A DNA stretch of 64,000 nt from Pocillopora damicornis (Eukaryota), in the NCBI RefSeq assembly GCF_003704095.1, contig NW_020845300.1:558001-622000 (forward strand), read 5' to 3'. The position numbers were made by a program, and so were the translations under genes. The number at the start of each line of letters is the position of its first letter. Within the stretch, counting starts at the first letter, position 1. This document shows, one piece after another, positions 23,901 through 38,100 of this stretch. The notes beneath the pieces were generated by a model, which was given only the letters and a program-made list of their open reading frames with translations, had not been told where the DNA came from and did not search any database.

Positions 23901-26900
23901 GAGAAACACCACCTGTGAGAGACTATTATTCACGACCATACGACAGGCCCACCAACCACCACACAAAAGTAGTTACCTGTTCACGGCTAGCCAAGCTAAG
24001 GGCATAACATGAGGCGTTACAGCTTTTCGTCTCACGGAGTGAAAATTAAGATGTGCGTGTGAATTACGGGCATCTGCGCTTTTAAGTGCAATTCTAAAAT
24101 TGATATGGCTAATTCTTTTGCTTTTCAGCTAAACATCGTTGATACGATGAGAAGTTCAATTTCTCTTATGTATTCTTTAAAGACTCTTAGAAATAACCCT
24201 TAATCAATCAGGGAAAACACTGAGTTATTGATAATTTATGCCTTGACAAACCTTGAAAATCCACTCTTCTAGACTAAGTCCTGAGTCAATATCCTGAATA
24301 CAATCTACGATGGAGGATCGCAGAGATTCAGTGATACTCCTCAACAACGCAGCCAACCACACGTCAACACTGGAGACAAGGGGAACCTAGAATCATTAAC
24401 GATCAGAAAAGATACACAACATAAAAATGCTGTTCAAACGCTTGAATATTATCAGACATACAATAAATACGGTTGCAAGGGGAGAACTAAAAGAAGCATC
24501 ACTAAAGAAACAGCAATTGACACAACCTATTCTCCGTTTTTCTATTTGAAAAAACTATCAAGCACCCTTTATTTTCTTGTAATTTCTTCGATTAATACAC
24601 TGCTACAAAACAATTGACGTGAGAGATGGACGCAAGTAAGAGAGCTGAGAGTGAGGAGACCACGTGGTGCCGCGCCCTTAAAATTCGTGCGAACTCTTGG
24701 GTCGCATACGGATTAGCGATAAGAATGTTGGAAAGTAATAAGCAGGCTTGACATAGGAGGAATACTGAGCCAACAAAAAAGGGATAATGGTCGAGTAACA
24801 TTCGAAATGATTTTCAACTTAACATCTAGCGTTCTTTGCAAAGGTGGTAAAGAGAAACACATCCTTTTGGTCAGCGAGCTAGAATACTACCTATCAATCT
24901 ATCATGCCCTTTTCGATTTCCAGTTATTTTTAATCTAGTTATAGATGTCACCTTTGTGATAAGTTCCAGAGTTTCTCCCTGCTCTGAGGTTACAGCTACA
25001 GCGAGATTATTGGGAAGATGACTATGCCAATCGGGTTCAGCGTTTCGCACTTCTAGGGTCGAGGTCAAAATGCTTGGCTTCCGTACTCCCGGAACTGATT
25101 CTTTCGAAGCTTGGACAACAATGTCAGAAATCTTCCTGAAACGACTCCCAAATGTATCAGCAAAAGGAAGTGGCGAGATTAGATCCTCCCTGCCACTCCT
25201 ACTCCGCAATGAACTTATGATAGAGCTCTTCTTCTGAGCCACTGTTTCTGGTTCTTGTTGAGTTAACATCACGTCACGTACACTGTTGAAGATGCATCTG
25301 GAAAAAAAATTGAAGAAAAGAAATTCGTGAGATGTTTGCTCAAACACAAAGCAACAAGGGGTGCAATCCTTACGTGAGCTGCTTAGTCCTCGAAAGTTAT
25401 TTTCAATCAAAGTGAAAGTTTGAATAAACGTCTTCCGGGGTAGATAAATACCACAAGCAGGGGCACATGCAAGAAATTTTTGTTGGGGGAGGGTCCAAGC
25501 TTTGATCCAGAAAACACATTTTTTTAACACTAGAGCCTAGATAAGATATAAAATGTTTCATGTAGGTAAATTTCAAATACTTCATATCGAGTAGTAATTC
25601 GCGATTCTGTCTTTGGGAGAATTTTGGTTGGAGACAAGTAGTGGAAGAACCAAAGGCTTGATGGAAGGNNNNNNNNNNNNNNNNNNNNNNNNNNNNNNNN
25701 NNNNNNNNNNNNNNNNNNNNNNNNNNNNNNNNNNNNNNNNNNNNNNNNNNNNNNNNNNNNNNNNNNNNNNNNNNNNNNNNNNNNNNNNNNNNNNNNNNNN
25801 NNNNNNNNNNNNNNNNNNNNNNNNNNNNNNNNNNNNNNNNNNNNNNNNNNNNNNNNNNNNNNNNNNNNNNNNNNNNNNNNNNNNNNNNNNNNNNNNNNNN
25901 NNNNNNNNNNNNNNNNNNNNNNNNNNNNNNNNNNNNNNNNNNNNNNNNNNNNNNNNNNNNNNNNNNNNNNNNNNNNNNNNNNNNNNNNNNNNNNNNNNNN
26001 NNNNNNNNNNNNNNNNNNNNNNNNNNNNNNNNNNNNNNNNNNNNNNNNNNNNNNNNNNNNNNNNNNNNNNNNNNNNNNNNNNNNNNNNNNNNNNNNNNNN
26101 NNNNNNNNNNNNNNNNNNNNNNNNNNNNNNNNNNNNNNNNNNNNNNNNNNNNNNNNNNNNNNNNNNNNNNNNNNNNNNNNNNNNNNNNNNNNNNNNNNNN
26201 TTTATAATCTTGGTTAATCTCTCAACAAACGTGACGCTTTCTACATTGTTGAACCGAACAGTATGAAAGATGCCTTGTCACAGATGAACCTATGACTTGG
26301 CCTTGCTCACCAACAAATTGTTGGACCTTAGCGATAATATCGGACCACGAAATTCCAAGGTCCAAACGTCCATCCTCGTGAGATTGATGAATGAAAAGCA
26401 TTTTTCTTCAATGTCCATCGTTTTTCCCTTCATTGAAACGCTGCCGAGTGGAATACCGTTGCTCTTTAGAAAGGCGCACTATTGCTGACCCTTAAGGAAA
26501 AAATGTAAATTGACTCGCTTGCTTCAATACCTGTAAAACATTTCTTGTTTCATACGCTCTTTTCATCATCTTCATGTAGCTCTTGTCTACTCTTGCAAAC
26601 CGATTATACTCTTGTGGAAGGTCCTGCATGAAAAGTGGAAAGGTATGTTACACGTGATAAACTCGTGCTTAACGAGCACTGACGTCAACTGGCACTTACC
26701 TTAGCTGTTCCGCCATGACTGAAGACCTCCTCGAGATGTTGCCACAAATCTTGTACAGTCAACCACTACAAAAAAAAATTATGTAAGCAATTTCACGTTG
26801 GGAGTGCAAAAGCCATTTATTCACAAAGTCACGGACAAGTAACAGCAAGTTTCTTCGGATATGGTCCACTCTAATTTTTTTCCAATTTCACCCATCGTAC

Positions 26901-29900
26901 ATCTCCTCTTTGGTCCTATTATTTTTGGATGTACAGGGGCTTTGATACAATTTGCATATCAAGTCCGTACTTTGAAAACTGTGTCACTGTTCCCTATCGT
27001 TAACTATTCTCAAACATATATAATTATAATTTGCCGTTTCCTTAATCTGACGAGAGACTGCAGCGCAGAAAAAAAAGCAATAGATCACCACTAACTGCTG
27101 CGTCCTATTTATAGTTCCAATAAAAAGCGCAGAAAGTTACGTTCACGTACCTGCTCTAGGACCTCACTGATTTCTTTTAACTTGATGGCCCATGCTGCAG
27201 CCTCGTCACGAAGTGGTCCGATGTGACGTGATGTCAGCATTAGAGCAAGAGTGGCTTGCGCATCTTCCAACAGGTCTAACAGATGTTCAGTGTTACTATG
27301 GCTCAGACACACCAAGCCTCTGTTCTTGAAATTTTCGAAGGTAAGGACCTGCAAATAGTGAGTCCGTTAGTAACAATGCCATATCACTTAAAGAGCTGTG
27401 TTACCACATTTTATTTAAGGTATTTCAAATTACAAACTTAAGGAATAAAGGCCACCGTTTTCGAGAAGATGAAGCTCTTTAAACATTTACCTGTTCCGTC
27501 CACTCCTCCTCAGTACTTCTCATTTTGGCTTCCAACTCCAGCTCTCTACTAGCACATCGGCATATTTCCTCTATTGCCGCCTGGTGTCTAAAAAAATATA
27601 AGTGGACACTTGGATTACGCCGAGACACACTTGGCCACAAATTGCTGCAACACGACGGGGGAACCATTCGCAACGTTGATTAGTCACATGTGACATGAAA
27701 AATATTTGAGAAAAATTTTGTCGCTGCGACTTAATTTTGTCAATGCTGTTGGTCGCACAAATTCAAACTAGCTTGAACATTCGACTCGTGACTAAAATTA
27801 ACCGTCTAACTGTAATGGACGACCGATCTCGCGATTTACTATTTAATTTTCTCTTTTATTGCCTGAAACCTATATGGAGAGGCACCATTCGCAACCCAAA
27901 CAACTTGCACTTACTGAAGTAATCCAATATCCAACAAGTGAACAAGTTTGAAGATGTGCGCTTCGAGCTGGAAAGACGAACCTGTAACACTCATCACCTG
28001 TAGCCAATGGCGATTACGAATCTCCTAAAAAAGAGTAAAAGGAGAGTTCGCATGAGAACTATAGGAAGACACTCTAATAATAAAATTATTCTGCGGCGAT
28101 CACCATCGCCATAACGTTGAAGGAAACAACGAAAAAAAGATTTCTCAGGATAGCCAATTTATGTAACAAAGAGGCTGGAATGTACCTAGCAGAAGTAAAG
28201 ACGTTAATTGTACCAACCGAGAATAAAAAGAACTGTACCGCAAAAAAAACAAATTTAACACTTCGACTTTTAATTCATCACTACTATTAATAAGGACATA
28301 CTCAGACTTTCTTTCTTTCAAGCAGAGGACCGAGTCTTAATTGAAACTTAAGAAAGGAGGTACTTGTTTCTAAAAAAACACTTCCTTCTGATCCGAATAC
28401 AGAAGAACAAGAATGAATACTTTCAATTCTCTAAAACACCAGGAGGCAAAAACCGTAGGAAAAAACGCTTCCAGTACATACTTTTGAATTAAGTTTGTGC
28501 AACGTAGGGAAGACATCCAGGTAATGTTTTATGGCATCTCTCATTTCTTTGTAGGCATCCCACTCTTGTATTCTCTGAGGCAAACGAAGGCACTCTTGCC
28601 AATAATGCTCCATCTGCAACCAAACAAAACAAAAAAGGAAACATTCTCAGTATATGTGAGAGATGCGATCGCTTAATACTAGCGCTGGGCTCAGAATCTT
28701 GAATTGAAAGGACTAGATACCAGCTCCGGCCAGGGTCATTTTCTTGGTCAAGACACTTTATTTTAAGAGTTCTCTCTCCACCCAACCAAGAGTAAAAATT
28801 GCTCCCGGCGGAATGTCACGGAAACTGGGTAAACTGCTGGGGATGGACTTTCATTCCATCCAGGCGGAAAAGTAATACTCCTGGTCGCTACATGCCATGG
28901 AAACCGGGATAAGGTATGACATTAGTAGGCCAATGGTTTTGTAAGACTTAGCTTAACCTGATATCTAAAATAAAATTTGTGCTTGGAATTCTGTTCCTTC
29001 GAACAAAAGTCTCTTGTTTAACATGGATCAATAGGCGTAGACTTGAACTGACAGTGATCTTTAGATTCTGGGTCGAACAGAGGGAATATGTGTTCAGAAT
29101 ATTCCCTTAAAAGCGCAAGTGTAACACTGCCCAGGCCAGCTCCGTTTTTGAAAGAAAACGCAATGATTGTGGCCAGTCTTTTATGGACTTAGCTGAGAAG
29201 GAACGATGACAAACCAAGTCAACCACAAGTTTGTAGTTTTCTGAAGTTGCTATCAGAAATGGTAAAAAGTAAAACGAAGCTTGTCAGAAGAAAATAAGAT
29301 CTAAAAACCTAGTAGCATTTGTCCTTTGATTTTAACTGTAACAGCTTTACCTCGGATATTTTAAATTCCTAAATCTTAAATTCTCCAGCTGGGTTATGTG
29401 GGAAGTGATTTGAGAAAACGAGACTATCGTAATGTAGTTTTAAACATTACTGTACCTCCTGATTTGCGACAACCAGATCCACCTCTGACCACAGGGTATC
29501 CCTAAACCTGAAGAAGACACAGTTTGTTGGAACCTTAAACTTCACGTAAAGTTTGAAAATAAAATTCTAAACAGTACCAGCTTGCTTTACTGGTAGTTTA
29601 TTTCTTTTCTTTACTTTTCCTATGTGAGACATAGACCAGTGCAGTTTTACACACTGCCGGAAAATTCGTGTTACCAAGCTGATCGTGACATGGCTACTAA
29701 CCTTTGATCAAACGAGATGAACTGTTGAAACAGACCGTACAGCAAACCAAGAAGTTCGAGTTCCTATAGAAAAGAAAAGGTGAAATAACACTTTATATGT
29801 GAAGCTGTGTACACCATAGAGAACTGCCGAAAGCTGTTTAACTTGTTCATGTACTGCGCTATCAAAATTAATGAATAACTTGTTTCGTTCGGGGCCATCA

Positions 29901-32900
29901 TCAAAGAGGTGTATTACTAGAGTGAAGAGAAACAACCGTCCGTTTACAACAAATTAATTATATTTGAAAATGCGCGTCAGAAATTATCTCACATCTATCG
30001 GCCAACATATCTTAGCGTGTCACCAACATAACCAACCTCTCCGGTTTTGTCCAGTTCTGCAAAAGGTGTAGGAACAATTCCGAACAGCATTTGAACAGAA
30101 TCTAGTGTCTTTCGCTTGGCTTCAAACTGAGTATAGTGTTGTTGAAAGTCTTGTAATCTCATCACAGCTTCAGCTGGTCTCACACCCGGTACTCCTGGAC
30201 CTTGAGAGTCAAAGCTGTTCCGGAACTGAATCACATTCACAACAAACGCCTAGAAGAAAGAATGTCATACGAAATTCATTTATATTTCAAGTATGCCATA
30301 TCCTACCGGAATGCAAGACGCTTGTCGCTTATGGGCCTGGTAGGTGGCCTAACTTATCAACAAGTTCTGTTATCGAAGATTATCAGGTCGCAAAATTGAA
30401 CGAAATCATCGTAGGAGAATCAGATCCTCCCGAGTCGAATAACAAGTTTTTTTGGTTTTTTGTTTGTTTGCTAACATTTCCTTAAATTTCATCTTAAGTG
30501 ACTCATCATCAAAGAAATTTAAATATTTTTATTTTTGCACTGGAGAGATTACTTCAGCCCTTACCTTGACTTCTTTGTCTAGTTCCTGTTCAAACATCCC
30601 ACGCTTTTGAACTAATAACTCGTCTCTGACCTATATATATTTCATAAAACAAAACGAAAAGAAGACATGACAGACATCTTAAATAGATGTTTAGATAGTG
30701 TCTAAGATAAAAGAAAGTTATACATAAGGCTCAAGATTCTTTGGTGTGCAAAGAATTTTTTTTAAGACTTATCTAATAGTTCCTTGCCAAGAATGAAGTA
30801 AAAATTTTCGAGCATACTTCGAAACATTAGACGACAGACTTAATTCAGTTATGTGCACAAGAAAAAGTTCGTAACACTTTGAAATCTGTTTTAAACTCAA
30901 CAACATGTTGTGGCCGCAGGCTGCGTTACATAATGAAGATTGTAAATCAAATGAACTAGTCGCATGAGACAAAGTTGCACCGTGTTCATCAACCTTTACG
31001 TAATTTCTGGGCGGTGTCGGCGATGGAGTCGCAAAAAGCGGTAGAAGAAAGTCAAAATAAAGAAAACATAAACGACTCTCGTGGGTTTGTTGTACTTCAA
31101 AAACAGTTGGCTTTCTTTTCCATCTCTCGAAATAAGCAAGTTATTCTTGATTCTTGATAAAGCGAAATTTTTTTGTTATTAAATAAATCCTTTACTGAGT
31201 AAGCTTGTTCGGTCAATATAACTGGATATTAACCTCGTTGTTGTTGTTGTTGTTGTTGTTGTTTATTCGCGAAAAGGAAAAGAATTTGGCCGATACCCAG
31301 CCATATTGACCTGATGCTTGGTCAATAACGCATATATATCGCCCTACCTTTTCGGCAAGCTCTATCAGTTTGACCCATTCATCCCGTAGATTGTCCACTT
31401 CTTGTACTTCTATTCGTGGAAGACACAGGTTGTACTCTCTGATGAAGTGACAGGAAGAGTTTGAAGAAACGTACAGTTCACTTTGTCACGCAAAATATAC
31501 GCACAAACAAAAATGCATCGCTTAAACATGTGAACTACTCTTACGGGGATCTTAAGCTGAGGTTAAATTAACTGATTATGACTTTGTTCACAACTTTACC
31601 AACGAGGTAATGTTCACAGATCCACAAAAGATTCCAAGGGCTATCAACCTTGAAGGCCTGTCAAGTTTTTAGGTTGACAGAGGTTTGAAAAGTCGATGGA
31701 TAGCTTCAGGTTTAAGACCATTTTGGATAAAATCTTATTAATGTAAACACCAAAGCTTTGCTCCTATTTCAAGTACCTCAGCTTTCCATACATGTTCTCC
31801 ACAGGTAGGTAAATGTCATCAATAGTGTTCTCCATGTCTCCCAGTTCTTGGAGAAGTTGAAAGGCACTGTTGAGTTCATCTAAAGTGACAACAGGCTGTG
31901 AAAGTCGCTCATAGATGCTGTTACGGTGCGTAACTATCTTGTCCAATTCAATCTGAAAGCAAAATGACAGTAAGCAAAATGCACACGATCCAAAGTTTAT
32001 AGGTGACAGGAGTTCTTCGTGCGTTCTTCATGCGCTAGGATCGTGAAAGTAGAAAGCGTCGAGAGTGAACACAAATTTGAATCTAGCCCACCTTAGCTTC
32101 TTCGTGCAGCTGAGTAGAATATCTCATTTTCCACGCCACTGCAAATCCATGTAAGGAGTCCTTGATAGGCGAGGTGTTCAAACATACTGAGCCCACCATA
32201 AGTCTGTCAGGAATCTCCACCACATCATGCTCTATCGCCTGAAGTCTCTCTACCTCCAGCTTAAACATGGTAGTTCCGGGATCATTGTCGACAAACACCT
32301 GGTACAGTGCATGCATGTCATCCTTCCATAGGAAGTCGTAACGACGGAAATTAAACAGCTGCCTTTCCACTGTTTGTTGGAGGCCTGGTTATAATGCAAT
32401 AAGAGTGTAACGATTTTTAAATTTGTTTACGACGTTATAGGGAAGAGAAGGGTCTTAATAGCGATCTTGAGAGAGCAAGGGCGTACAAAGGGGGTTTCAT
32501 AGTACAGGGGCGTCTAAGGCAAGGGAGCTTAATGGCGAAATGGGCTTATAAGATAGGGGCATAAGAAGACAAGGGCGTATAAGGCAGGGGGGCTTAATGG
32601 CAAAATGGGCTTATAAGATAGGGGCATAAGAGGACAAGGGCGTATAAGGCAAGGGGGCTTAATGGAGGGAGAGGCTTATCAGATTGGGGAATAATAGGGC
32701 GGGGGCGTTTAAGGCCAGAGGTCGTAATGGAGGGAGCGGCTTATTAGATAAAGCTTAATAGAGCACAAGCGACTAAGGCAAGGGGGGCTTAAAAGAGCTG
32801 TGGCGTATTGGGCAAGGGTGCTTAATACAGTATACATGTATAATGAAAGAGAGATGAATTACTTGTGACTGAAGTAGAGAGCTCTTCTAATGTTTTATTC

Positions 32901-35096
32901 ACTTGATGATCTTGTGCAACTGATCGATGAAAAGACTCATTGACATCTGCTGCCCACCACATGATCGTCCTAGAGACATCAACCAAATGTACGGCAACAC
33001 GTTGAACGCCATCTTGGATCGTCTGAAGAGACGGCTTTATGACGATGTCTGGAATGTTGAATTGCACATTGACCTCAAACTGAAGCAGCTCTTCTTGGTT
33101 AGTCGTGCTCCACTCAGAATACTGAGAACTCACAGACTCAGCATAATCACTGTTTTCAGACCCGTTGTCTGATGAGTCATCCCAAGAAGATCTGCTCAAA
33201 TAATACATAAAAACATGATATTAGGGTGACACTATTATTTGAGGTCAGTTTCCTGACGTACAAGTACATTACACTTTCTTTTCCTTTATTTACCGTTAGA
33301 AACTAATTTTACAATTCGTTAGCAAAGCATTACAAACCCTGATATTTTTCTGCTCTCCACTTCAATTCCACTCTTTTTGCGCCCAGGAGGTTTTACACAA
33401 TCACCAATGATCAGCAAGGAAGAGACTATACTCTCCAGTACGGCTTGATAAACCAAACTGCAATAATGACCAAAGATATCACCGATGACTGACTCGTCAG
33501 TTAAGCCACTGACAGCAGTTGCAGCTCGCGTTCCTGGCGCTGAAGACATGATGGTGCCAATCCTGGTAAATCGAGGTGTCATTGCACCAGTTCTGTCCAA
33601 ACCAAGACTCATGCTTGGGCTAGGACTGATTTGAGGACTGGCAGGAGAAGAGATTCGCCTTTGATTTGCAGTGGCAACGACTTCCTGTAAAGCGAAAAGT
33701 GGAAGTTGAAGAAAACCTGGTCTTTAAAAAACGATTACGCGAGAAATTGTAAAATATCCTATAAAAAATCTTAGCAAGCTATACCCCTCGCTCATTGAAT
33801 AGTACAGCATTACAATTATATTTAGGTTGTAGCAGTATGAGCTAGGATTTCTATAGTAGTCAATGAATGGACACTACAACTGACAAACTTTAAAGAAATG
33901 CTCAAAGGGATGCCAAAAGATGCTAAAGAGACCAGTAATCAGAGAAATATTACAAACAGTAGGCTTTTCCCTTTACCTGCAGCGCATTCTCTACTTCCTT
34001 AACCATTTCATGTAATCTCTTCCCCTGCTGAGTCACTGCTTTGTTTTCTTCTTCCACAAACTTTTCCACATTCCAAACATGAGCAGTAGCCAACTTTTTA
34101 TCAAAGAGAATCACCCTTCGGATTTCCTCAATCTTTCTCTCTATGCCTTCAGACACTACTTCTTTAACACTGTCCACAACTTCTTTGAGCCTAGAATTGG
34201 CAGAATGCACCTGATGTAGGTAAGCATCGATATTCATGCTGCTCCAGTTAAGGGTGGACACACCCGGCTGTAGGTAGTGCAAGACAGATTCCATGTGTGG
34301 TGTAAGCAACTTGTACAGGGCCGAGGGTACATTCTGACAAACCTTGTAGTAATCCTGTAGAACTAGCTCTAGTGATTGCTTGTATGACTTGAGTCGATGC
34401 TCCTATATGAAGAAATAAGTCTAAATGTGTTACTTCAGATGATATACACCTTTTTTTTATTTTGAGTATGACAAAAATAAATTAATCTAACGCATTTCAA
34501 TCACGTGACGAAAGTGATTTTCGGAGTGTTGACTGTTCAAGGGAGATCATCTGACCAGAAAATCATCACTTTGTTAGGTAAGAGTGGCGCTAATTTGGTG
34601 ACGTTACGCATTTGAGAGTAAGTTCTAATTCGAGGATTTACGGTACAGCAGAACAAAACTGAAGACGCCTTTAGAGCTGGACTGATATCATAGGACCAAA
34701 TCAAGGACGATACATACATCTCTGTAAGACAGCCTGCACCTACCTGTTTAAGGACGTCTAGGGCACTTTCAGGAAGTTGAATCCCCATCCTCATCAATGA
34801 TTTGCTCTCCTGAATTAGTTCAAGAAGCCTACATGTAGGGTAATTGTAGAGAATAGAAACAAAGAGAATATAGATAACGTTAATTAAGCGGTTCAAAATC
34901 CACAGTATAAATTCCTACTCTGCTAATATTTTTTATCCATTCTTAGACTCTAACAGTACTCTCTCGGTTCATTTTTTTTGTGTTTTTCAGACAAGTTAAG
35001 GAAAGTGCGAGGCAACTGTAAAGGTCGACTTCCATGTAAGAGGAGAAATTCCTTTCATCATGCTACAAAGGCACTTGCCTCTGCTTGCTTACAAAC

Positions 35097-35127
<31 letters not shown>

Positions 35128-38100
35128 GCACCTATTCTGCAGGATAGTACATCAAAACGAGTTGTTTTGCACGAACACAGTACCACTGACAAGCTCCAGA
35201 AACCTGTATATTCTTTCATGAACCATTTCTCCTGTTAGCCATGTCCTACCTTCCGTCAGCATTCACCACTAGCTGTTTTGTTTCAGGGTGAAATGCAAGA
35301 AGGGAAATTTTTAGTCCACTGCACGCGCTGTCAATACGGGACTTCCACAGGCTCAGCCATAAGTTCTCAAACTTTACTAAAGCTGTAGCAATGCGATTGT
35401 AAAACTTGACGATACGACCAAAGTCCTGTTAACATGAGCGAGAACTTCCTTCAATTTTTTAACTTGTCTACCCACAATGAGAGTAAAGTAACATTCATAA
35501 AATCTCTTTTTTTTTAACTTTTCCATATTATTGAATTATTGGATTAATAATTATTGACAGAAATGCATAACAATAACAAATTAAAAATAGTGACCCAGGT
35601 TTTTGCAAGTTTCTCTGTGCAAGTTTTACAGAACCTGTTCGTAGCCCTGTGCGCTTGCTGGTGCTATTATCAAAGACGACAATCAATACCGAGGGTGGAA
35701 AGAGGCTCTCTGAAAGTTAATTACTACACTGTACAGTACATGTTGCCAAGCACCCCAACACAAATAAGCCAGGTCGCAAAGCTTACCATTACAGCAGCTC
35801 ATCAAGTATTTAAGTTTTCAGCTTTACTTAATTGCTCATCATTTTCAATTTAGTATCTCACCCTATAAGATGTCACAAATTTGTTTTCTTTAAAGATCTT
35901 CATAGGATCTTCAATCTTCTTTAGCAAGCCTCTTGACCAGGTTATTGCTCCAGCAACAAGTGGAGAGTTGCGAACAAGAGGAGGGCTCTCCTGTTTTCAG
36001 TATATAAATGCACATTATAAATAAATGTTGTGGTTCATTTTTTGTCTTAGTTTACAATTTTTCAAATCAGTTTGATTTTTACTTTTGTTTGTTATGTATC
36101 CATTAGCACAATATGAAACAAAGAAAAATAATAATCAAACAGGTTTGAATTACTGAAAAAAAAAAAGACAATTGAGTCAAAACAAATAAAATTAAATTTA
36201 CATTTTCATGTCTGAAAATTACACAGAATGAAACACATACTCATTTTATTGAAAAAACACATCTTCACCAAAAGCTAACATGAACAATTCTAGCAATGAA
36301 TGACACAAACCAAGAAAAAAAATCCATTTCATTAAGTCCAGGGATCTACATGTATATTGTAAATCTCTATTGTCAGTATAAAATCAAAACAAAATTAGAT
36401 TGGAGCTGGAACTACATAAATTTTACGTAAACATATGATTTTGCCTCTTTCTCAAAAATGGTGATCTTGTGGGTATTTTCCATCTAAGTGTTCCAAATCA
36501 TGACATGCAAAATAGGTTAAATGTTTAAAACTTTAACTAAATGGATGACTTCACCCAACTACAATATTCATGGACATTCATTATAAAATTAATACTGTAA
36601 AGGTAAGTAATCATACAGCACACATGTCTGACATCTACTGAATTAACAGAAAATTATTCCTTTCAACTGAAATTCCAATCAAACACGTGTGTTACTTCAC
36701 CTTTTGGCTCTCATAGATTTTCTGTACATTTTCCAATTCTGTTTCAAACCAGCCAAACACTTCAAGGAATTTTTCTGACAACACAGCTCTGAGACCAGGT
36801 CTGTTCATCACACAGTTAAAACTATAAACACAGAGAACAAACAGACAGTTAGGGCCTATTGTGAAGGCAACTTTTTTCCAACTTGGATTAAAATGCTTTG
36901 AGTTTGAAGGTAACAAGTGCTTCATTACATGTATTAGGTTTAAACTTGTTGTAACATTTTCCATTTCAAGCCACTATTACAAAGTATTCTTTTTGGAAAT
37001 AACTGTTCACTGATTTTAAATCCATATTAATAAAAAGAAAACACCACAGACACCCACAGAAAAATTGCATAAAAATTGTACCTTGTCAGAATTTCAAGAG
37101 CCCTCTTGATGTTCAACTTCAATTCAAAGACACCCTGAAACATAGACACAATCAAATGCCATCATCTGATCAATGCTTCTGTGATATAAAAATGTAAATG
37201 TAGATTATTGCAGTAAATTAAGGTAAGTTACTGCACAAGTACCATTAGGTATGTGATGCAAACACAAAACTATTAACTTGTGTTGTTTTCTGATTGCTTG
37301 ATACCCTGTTAAAATAGTCCAATGAATCTAAACCAGCCCTGCCCTACAACTTACATGTACAATTCAGTAAGTTTACAACCAAATACACAAATAATACAGG
37401 TAGAAGTCTATGCGTGTTTCAAAGACCTTGTGTTTAACTTCTTGCCAATGAAATAGAAACAGTTCTGCTCTCTCCTAGTTAGGTTGTCAAACTCTTCTTT
37501 TCATTAAATTTGTTTTATCTTTTAATTGATATTGCATCAAATCAAGTTTCTTTAATTTTGATATTAATAAAAAGGTACATGCTTTTAACATACAAAGTAC
37601 CTTGAGATAATTACAAATGTAGCTCTCCATTTGTTGTACACCAGCAACAAAAGATGTATACTGTTCTTCAAATCTTTCTTTGCCTTTGCCTTCCACATCA
37701 AGGAAGGTCTCTGTTGTAACAACACCCTCCATTGGAGATCTTATAGAATGGATCGTATCCAGCAGAATTTGGGAAATGCTCTGAAACTCAGTGCCTGAAT
37801 TATATACTTCTTTCACTTCCTCTTCCTCTTCATCTAAGCTCTCTAGCATGCTCTTTAGCACATCTGGTTTGTTGCTACCATGGGAACCTTAAATAAAAAC
37901 ATCAAGGCCATACGATAGCTTTGTGTAAAGCTCATACATGTTGCTACTACAAGGTAGTTCAGCAATAGGCAAACTAACACTAGAAAATTTAGATAATCTG
38001 ATTTTATCAATTGACTTGACAATGTTAATTGGCCACTGTAAAGAGTTTCTAAAGATGACTTTTCAAGTATTAGCCCTTCATCAGAGTGAATGACAAAGGG

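Noticed and set aside
25613-26266. 217-aa ORF in the track (and ORFs spanning 3469-3714)
   Set aside because: Artefacts of translating through N runs.
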